DNA of 64,000 bases from Deferribacterales bacterium (GTDB taxonomy: Bacteria; Chrysiogenota; Deferribacteres; Deferribacterales; Geovibrionaceae): assembly GCA_050251945.1 (NCBI GenBank), contig JBFWLW010000001.1:192001-256000 (forward strand), written 5' to 3'. This document shows positions 58,473 to 64,000 of this stretch, piece after piece (position 1 is the stretch's first letter; each line of letters begins with the position of its first letter). Below the pieces are notes generated by a model that worked only from the letters and a program-made list of their open reading frames with translations, was not told the origin of the DNA and made no database searches. The translations under genes and the position numbers were made by a program.

Positions 58473-59047
58473 GCAATAGAAAACCTGTTATTGACATCGA
58501 AGAAGAACCTATTGATAAGGTTGAGCATTTTTTAGCAAGAAACCTTAAGAAAATGGTTGTAGGGCTTGTAGCCCTTCTTGTTCTGTTCGTGCTTGGTTAT
58601 ACGTTCACAAAAATGAACAAATCCAAAGACACTATGCTGGTTAACAGAGTCGGTATGCTTGAGCTTACCGCTATAATGAACAACTACGAAGCTTCAAAAG
58701 TTGCTGAATACAGCAAATCCGCATCCGAATTCAAAAATGCATCCGACTACATAAACCTGCGCTCAGCAGAGATGTACGTTCAGGGTAAAAATATCAAAGC
58801 CGCTGACGAGATGCTGGCAAAATCCGGCGGTGAAATGAAAGAACTTGCCGACAGTCTTAAAGCGGATATCGAAGGTCAGGGTGTTGACCCCAAAGCCTAC
58901 ATAAACTCCGGTAAACTCGGTTCAGTATGGTATTACAGAGCTTGTCTCGCAGCCGCCGGCGCGGACAAAGAGAAACTGATGAAAGAGTTTGAAACTGCAT
59001 ATCCCGAAAGCGAACTTCTGAAACAGCTTAAAAGGTGGAATGGCTGA
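58469..59047 (+). CDS. Membrane-anchored helical hypothetical protein (YfgM-like topology)
   Basis: Short cytoplasmic N-terminus, one TM and a helical C-terminal domain. Overlaps both neighbours. Confidence 0.6.
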   Translation: MSNRKPVIDIEEEPIDKVEHFLARNLKKMVVGLVALLVLFVLGYTFTKMNKSKDTMLVNRVGMLELTAIMNNYEASKVAEYSKSASEFKNASDYINLRSAEMYVQGKNIKAADEMLAKSGGEMKELADSLKADIEGQGVDPKAYINSGKLGSVWYYRACLAAAGADKEKLMKEFETAYPESELLKQLKRWNG

Positions 59048-60783
59048 TGAAGAAGGTTTTAAGCGGTAATGAAGCATTCGCCCGCGCGGCATACGAAGCG
59101 GGCGCGGGTGTCGTCAGTTCTTATCCCGGGACACCCAGTACAGAGATAACTGAGAACGCTGCACACTATAAAGAGATATACACCGAATGGGCGACTAACG
59201 AAAAAGTCGGTCTTGAGGTTGCCATCGGCGCCAGCCTTGGCGGAAAAAGAGCTATGTCCTGCATGAAGCACGTCGGGCTTAACGTTGCAGCAGACCCGCT
59301 TATGACCCTTTCATACACGGGGGTTAATGCAGGTCTCGTCGTAATCGTTGCTGACGATCCCAACATGTACAGCTCGCAGAACGAACAGGACAGCAGGCAT
59401 TACGCCCGCTTCGGCAAGGTGCCTATGTTTGAACCCTGCGACAGTCAGGAAGCGAAACAGTTTACCAAAGACGGGTTCGCACTTTCCGAGGAATACTGTA
59501 CGCCTGTTCTTGTACGCTCAACCACAAGAATATCCCACGTTCAGACAATAGTTGAACTTGAAGACAGAGCTGAGGCACCAAAATTTGCACCTGAAAATAA
59601 TATCTCCAAATGGGTCATGATCCCGGCAAATGCAAGGAAGAGACACAGGTTTGTAGAGAACAGACTTGAACTTCTCACAGAACTTGCCGAGAGTGAAAAA
59701 TATAACAAAATAACCATGAGAGACAAGACGATAGGTATTGTATGCTCAGGTGTTGCCTACACTTATGTCAGAGAGGCTGTGCCAGAAGCATCAACACTTA
59801 AACTTGACCTCGCATGGCCGCTCCCTATGAAAAAGATAGCAAAATTCGCCGCATCCGTTGATAAGATGTATGTGGTCGAAGAGCTTGATAAATTCTATGA
59901 AACCGAAATAAAGGCAGCAGGAATTGCAGTTGAAACCCTTGAAAGGGATGTCTGCGGAGAGCTTTCCGTTGACGCTGTTCGCGAACTCTTCGGACTTCCC
60001 CCCGTTGAGGCGGATGTGGATACCACTCTTCCGTTCCGTCCGCCCAATATGTGTCCCGGCTGTTCCCACAGAGGAATTTTCTATGCCATTAGCAGACTGA
60101 AACTGTTTGTAACGGGCGACATCGGCTGTTACACCCTCGGTCTTCTTCCGCCTCTTCAGGCTATCAATACGACAGTCTGCATGGGCGCAAGTATCGGCAT
60201 GGCGCACGGTCTGGACAAAGCCACAGACGATATGTCAAAAAAATCCGTCGCTGTTATAGGCGACTCCACATTCCTGCACACAGGTATAAACTCTCTGGTG
60301 AACACTGTTTACAATCAGGGTCACTCAACGGTTATCATCCTTGACAACACCATCACCGGTATGACCGGACACCAGCCCAACGCAGGCTCCGGTAAGGATA
60401 TTCACGGCAACCCCACGCCTAAGATAGACTTTGCGGCGATCTGCAAGGCCGTGGGCGTTAAAGAGGAGAACATCCGCGTTATCGACCCGTTTGACATTGC
60501 AAACGCTATGGAAGTGCTTAAAGAGGAAACGTCCAAGCCTGAGCCCAGCGTTATCATCACGAACAAGCCCTGCATCTTCGCTGACAGAACCGTCATTGAA
60601 GAACCTTATTTCATACACGAGGACAAATGCAGCGGGTGCCGCGTATGCACTAAGCTAGGCTGTCCCGCGATAGCCTGGAACGCCGAAAAACGCATTGCGC
60701 TTATCGACGAAAACCTCTGCACCGGATGCCATCTCTGCATCAAAGTATGCAAATTCGGCGCTATTGAGCAAAGGAGCAAATGA
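59047..60783 (+). CDS. iorA: Indolepyruvate:ferredoxin oxidoreductase alpha subunit
   Basis: GNEA.AR, YPGTPSTE, NEKV, MKHVGLNVAAD, CPGCSH, GDIGCY, GDSTF.H and two ferredoxin motifs. Confidence 0.96.
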   Translation: MKKVLSGNEAFARAAYEAGAGVVSSYPGTPSTEITENAAHYKEIYTEWATNEKVGLEVAIGASLGGKRAMSCMKHVGLNVAADPLMTLSYTGVNAGLVVIVADDPNMYSSQNEQDSRHYARFGKVPMFEPCDSQEAKQFTKDGFALSEEYCTPVLVRSTTRISHVQTIVELEDRAEAPKFAPENNISKWVMIPANARKRHRFVENRLELLTELAESEKYNKITMRDKTIGIVCSGVAYTYVREAVPEASTLKLDLAWPLPMKKIAKFAASVDKMYVVEELDKFYETEIKAAGIAVETLERDVCGELSVDAVRELFGLPPVEADVDTTLPFRPPNMCPGCSHRGIFYAISRLKLFVTGDIGCYTLGLLPPLQAINTTVCMGASIGMAHGLDKATDDMSKKSVAVIGDSTFLHTGINSLVNTVYNQGHSTVIILDNTITGMTGHQPNAGSGKDIHGNPTPKIDFAAICKAVGVKEENIRVIDPFDIANAMEVLKEETSKPEPSVIITNKPCIFADRTVIEEPYFIHEDKCSGCRVCTKLGCPAIAWNAEKRIALIDENLCTGCHLCIKVCKFGAIEQRSK

Positions 60784-61352
60784 TGAAACTGGATATACTC
60801 ATGGTAGGTGTGGGCGGACAGGGTACCGTCCTTTCCAGCAACATCGTGTGTGATGTTGCCTTGGCAGCGGGATACGACGTTAAAAAGAGCGAGATTCACG
60901 GTATGGCGCAAAGGGGCGGCAGTGTCGTTACCCACATACGCATAGGCGAAACGGTTGATTCGCCGACCATCCCACTCAAAAGTGCAGATATTGTAGTTTC
61001 GTTTGAAAGAATGGAATTTTTAAGATATTCTGAATATATTTCGGATAACACTACGCTTATTCTTAATACGCAGATGATACTTCCACCCTCTGTGGCGGAT
61101 GGTGCGGCGGAATATCCGCAGAACAAAGTTGATTCTGTTAAGTCAAAATTCAGCAAAGTGTACGAAATTGACGCCATATCCAAGGCGATAGAGCTTGGCA
61201 ATCAGAAGATTGCCGGCATGGTGGTTCTGGGTATTCTCGCGAAATCGGTTCCTTTCGCAAAAAAGGTATGGGAACAGGCAGTTAAAGACCGCGTCCCCCC
61301 GAAGACCATTGAACTGAATCTTAAAGCATTCGATACCGGATATAACTATTAA
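60783..61352 (+). CDS. iorB: Indolepyruvate:ferredoxin oxidoreductase beta subunit
   Basis: GVGGQG, SEIHGMAQRGGSV and N.KAF..G. Confidence 0.95.
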   Translation: MKLDILMVGVGGQGTVLSSNIVCDVALAAGYDVKKSEIHGMAQRGGSVVTHIRIGETVDSPTIPLKSADIVVSFERMEFLRYSEYISDNTTLILNTQMILPPSVADGAAEYPQNKVDSVKSKFSKVYEIDAISKAIELGNQKIAGMVVLGILAKSVPFAKKVWEQAVKDRVPPKTIELNLKAFDTGYNY

Positions 61353-61374
61353 TAACTACTGACGGAGGTGTGGT

Positions 61375-62280
61375 TTGGAATATTCTGTGGGCAGTTTCGA
61401 TCTGCATATACATTCCTGCCACAGCTCCGATGGTGTTCTTACTCCCGCGCAGATACTGACTGTTGTCCGCACAAGGGGTATCGGCACCTTTTCCATAACC
61501 GACCACAACACCCTGACAGCCTGTAACGAGATGAAATGGAACAAGGGGCGCTACGGTTCCGAGACCATGTTCATTAACGGAGTGGAGCTTTCAACGTACC
61601 ATGGGGACAGAGAAATACACGTTTGCGCATACGGCTTTAACGAAGGCTGTCATGCACTTCTCGGGATTCTTGAGATATTTAAGCAGAACCGCGACCTGCA
61701 GACCCAGATGCGTGTGGAAAGGCTTCAGGATATGGGTTTCAATATCGACTATGCGGAGCTTATGAAAGCGGCGGGTGGAAAGACCCCCTCTGGTGTGACG
61801 TTCCTTACAGTGCTTTCAAAACATCCCGAAAACAGGGAAGCGCTTAAAGATTATCTTGAAGGCGAAAAGTCCATATCACCGTTCACCAATTTCTATTTCG
61901 ACTATTTCTTTAAAGGCGGAAAGGCTTGGGTGGACATCCGTATGCTGGATTATTACGACACCATCGAAAAGCTGAAGGATAAGGCTGTTCTCTGTATAGC
62001 TCACCCCGGACTTTATAAGGACAGGGATATCGAAGAACTTGTCACTGACGGTATATCGTGTATTGAGGCATACAGCACATATCACAGTCCTGAACAGGTG
62101 CAAAAGTATCTGGATGCGGCGAAAAAACACAACCTGCTTGTAACAGCCGGAAGCGATTTTCATGGCGAACGCATAAAACCCGGTATCCACATCGGCGGGC
62201 ACGGATGCACAGACCCGACGCTCGTGGACGGATTCATCGAAAGAGTGGTTGACCTTAAATACGGCTTCTATTTTATCTGA
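61375..62280 (+). CDS. PHP-domain protein (YciV/TrpH-like)
   Basis: DLHIHS..SDG, ITDH, GVELS, IAHPG, IEAY..H and GSDFHG. Confidence 0.88.
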   Translation: MEYSVGSFDLHIHSCHSSDGVLTPAQILTVVRTRGIGTFSITDHNTLTACNEMKWNKGRYGSETMFINGVELSTYHGDREIHVCAYGFNEGCHALLGILEIFKQNRDLQTQMRVERLQDMGFNIDYAELMKAAGGKTPSGVTFLTVLSKHPENREALKDYLEGEKSISPFTNFYFDYFFKGGKAWVDIRMLDYYDTIEKLKDKAVLCIAHPGLYKDRDIEELVTDGISCIEAYSTYHSPEQVQKYLDAAKKHNLLVTAGSDFHGERIKPGIHIGGHGCTDPTLVDGFIERVVDLKYGFYFI

Positions 62281-62314
62281 AACCGCTTAAAGCGGGCATT
62301 TTGAAATAAAGTGC

Positions 62315-62343
62315 TTGCTATTTAACCAGTCGTGTGCTAGAAA
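62315..62343 (+). promoter_or_regulatory. Putative sigma70 promoter of the rimP-nusA operon
   Basis: TTGCTA-17 bp-TAGAAA with TG at the extended -10 position, just before the leader hairpin. Confidence 0.4.
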
Positions 62344-62349
62344 CATCCT

Positions 62350-62377
62350 CAGGTGGGCATAGCCCGCCAATTTTTTT
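62350..62377 (+). ncRNA. rimP leader (attenuator-like hairpin)
   Basis: GGTGGGC-ATA-GCCCGCC-AA-T7 upstream of rimP. Matches the GUGGGC..GCCCRC + U-tract pattern of the rimP-nusA leader. Confidence 0.72.
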
Positions 62378-62418
62378 GTAAGGTATCGTACAGGTTATAT
62401 ACCATTATCCGGAGACAG

Positions 62419-62904
62419 ATGAAGAACGCTGTTAGCAAAATAATTCTTGATAAGATAAGACCACAGGTCAAATCTATCGTCCAAAACAAAAGCTGCGAGC
62501 TTTTTGATATGACACTCAAAAGCGAACCGGGCGGCAAAATACTGAGAATCACCATCGACAATGACAAGGGGACAGGTATTGAAGACTGTTCCGAGATCAG
62601 CAAGCTTATCTCTGCATATCTGGATGCTGACGAAACTCTCATCCCGTATGAAAGCTATATGCTTGAGGTTTCCACACCCGGACTTCTGCGTCCTCTGCGT
62701 ACAGAGACCGAGTTTAAAAGGTTTTACGGACGCAAATGCAAGATAGTTACAAAAAACAAGGATGAATCAGGCAGATCCAACTATACAGGCGTTATCAGCG
62801 CAGCTGAGAACGGTGTTGTCGATCTGTTCGTTGAAAAAGAAAACAAGACATTTAAACTTAATATAGAAAATATTTCCAAGGCCAATCTGGAGATTGAGTT
62901 TTAG
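62419..62904 (+). CDS. rimP: Ribosome maturation factor RimP
   Basis: LRI.ID....IEDC..IS..IS..LD and Y.LEVSTPG..RPL. GGAG before ATG 62419. Confidence 0.95.
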   Translation: MKNAVSKIILDKIRPQVKSIVQNKSCELFDMTLKSEPGGKILRITIDNDKGTGIEDCSEISKLISAYLDADETLIPYESYMLEVSTPGLLRPLRTETEFKRFYGRKCKIVTKNKDESGRSNYTGVISAAENGVVDLFVEKENKTFKLNIENISKANLEIEF

Positions 62905-62912
62905 GAGGACTA

Positions 62913-64000
62913 ATGAGCAAGGAACTGACGAAAGTTGTCGATGAACTGGGCAGAGAGAAAGGCATATCCAGAGATATTCTCTGTGATGCTCTCAGAGAAG
63001 CCATTCTGGCTGCCGTTGCAAGAAAAATCGGCAAACTTCTTGAACCCGACGTGGATGTTGACATAGATAAAGGCATTATAGATATCCTTCTGCCCAAAGA
63101 GGTTTGCGAAGGTGTGGACGATAAATGGACTGAGATTTACATCGACGATGCCCAGCAGTATAAAGAGAACGCGCAGCTCGGCGACGTTATCATGGTTCCC
63201 ACAACCCTTGAGGAACTTGGTCGTCAGGCAGCCCTTGTTGCTAAACAGAAACTTTTTGAAAAAATACGCGAAGCCGAAAAACAGGTTGTCCTTGACCAGT
63301 TTCAGGACAGGGTCGGCGACGTTGTTAACGGTGTCGTTCTTAAGACAGACAGAGATAACCTTATAATAAACATTGGAAAAACAGAAGCAATTCTCCCCAA
63401 AAGAGAGATGATCGGCGGCGATTTCTATAACCGCGGCGATTATGTACGCGCACTGCTTCTGGATATAAAAATAGTGAAAGGCTGGCCTCAGCTTATCCTT
63501 TCCAGAACACATCCCCAGTTCCTTAAAAAACTGTTTGAGGTTGAGATTCCCGAAGTTTACGAAGGTATCATCGACGTTAAGGCTGTGTCCAGAGAACCCG
63601 GCGACAGGGCGAAAGTGGCTGTTTACACAATGAACAGCAGCATCGACCCCGTTGGTGCCTGTATCGGTCTTAAAGGTGTGCGTATCAACGCCATCAGCAA
63701 CGAGCTGAGAGGCGAAAAAATAGATGTTATCGAATGGTCTCCGGATCCCATCAAATTCGTTTGCAACGCTATTTCCCCCGCGGAAGTCGTGCTTACCAAC
63801 GTTTTTGAAGACGAGGATACTATCGAGATAGTGGTTCCCGACGATCAGCTTTCACTCGCCATCGGTAAAAAAGGTCAGAACGTAAGACTGGCGGCTAAGC
63901 TTACCGAATGGAGACTTGATGTTCTGAAAGAATCCGAATATGCGGAGATCAGAAAAGAGCGTATGCAGGATCAGGAACAGGAACTTAAAGAATTCTATGA
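62913..64000 (+). CDS. nusA: Transcription termination factor NusA (3' end runs off the window; not in the supplied ORF track)
   Basis: Hand translation gives MSKELTKVVDELGREKGI...GRQAA..AKQ...LSRTHP..LF..EIPE...REPGDRAKVAV...GEKIDVI...LSLAIGKKGQNVRLA. Confidence 0.96.
   Translation, partial: MSKELTKVVDELGREKGISRDILCDALREAILAAVARKIGKLLEPDVDVDIDKGIIDILLPKEVCEGVDDKWTEIYIDDAQQYKENAQLGDVIMVPTTLEELGRQAALVAKQKLFEKIREAEKQVVLDQFQDRVGDVVNGVVLKTDRDNLIINIGKTEAILPKREMIGGDFYNRGDYVRALLLDIKIVKGWPQLILSRTHPQFLKKLFEVEIPEVYEGIIDVKAVSREPGDRAKVAVYTMNSSIDPVGACIGLKGVRINAISNELRGEKIDVIEWSPDPIKFVCNAISPAEVVLTNVFEDEDTIEIVVPDDQLSLAIGKKGQNVRLAAKLTEWRLDVLKESEYAEIRKERMQDQEQELKEFY

Noticed and set aside
62910..63512. 200-aa minus-strand ORF, the largest track ORF in the last kilobase
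   Set aside because: The real gene is nusA on the + strand from 62913. The track misses it because its stop lies outside the window.

Overview
64 kb of bacterial chromosome, mostly core genes. Gene content and order (kds/lpt LPS genes, cdaA-cdaR-glmM, rpoN-PTS cluster, hcp, iorAB, aroE-pilT) point to an anaerobic or microaerobic diderm. A Deferribacterota-like organism is my inference, not a database result. (1) 1-17.5 kb is a mixed region: LPP20-like lipoprotein/MltC/LPP20-like lipoprotein trio, STAS protein, orphan hydrogenase cytochrome b, YfbR-like HD nucleotidase, EAL-HDOD protein, ACT-malic enzyme, TAXI-TRAP transporter, Fur-boxed flavodoxin, beta-helix-like lipoprotein, hcp, an AT-rich stand-alone KAP-family P-loop NTPase and an HtrA protease. 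(2) 17.5-55 kb is an unbroken run of 44 plus-strand genes from dinG to pilT. (3) 55-64 kb holds tolC/marR, LOG, PHP, iorAB, PHP, the rimP leader, rimP and a partial nusA. The most notable signal not explained by genes is a small non-autonomous mobile element present twice in opposite orientation (10214-10445 and 54990-55130). It has IS1182-like terminal inverted repeats, 20-bp target duplications that overlap stop codons, and internal REP-like hairpins of variable length. No rRNA, tRNA, CRISPR array, transposase or integrase was seen. All calls come from reading motifs by eye, and start codons are best guesses.
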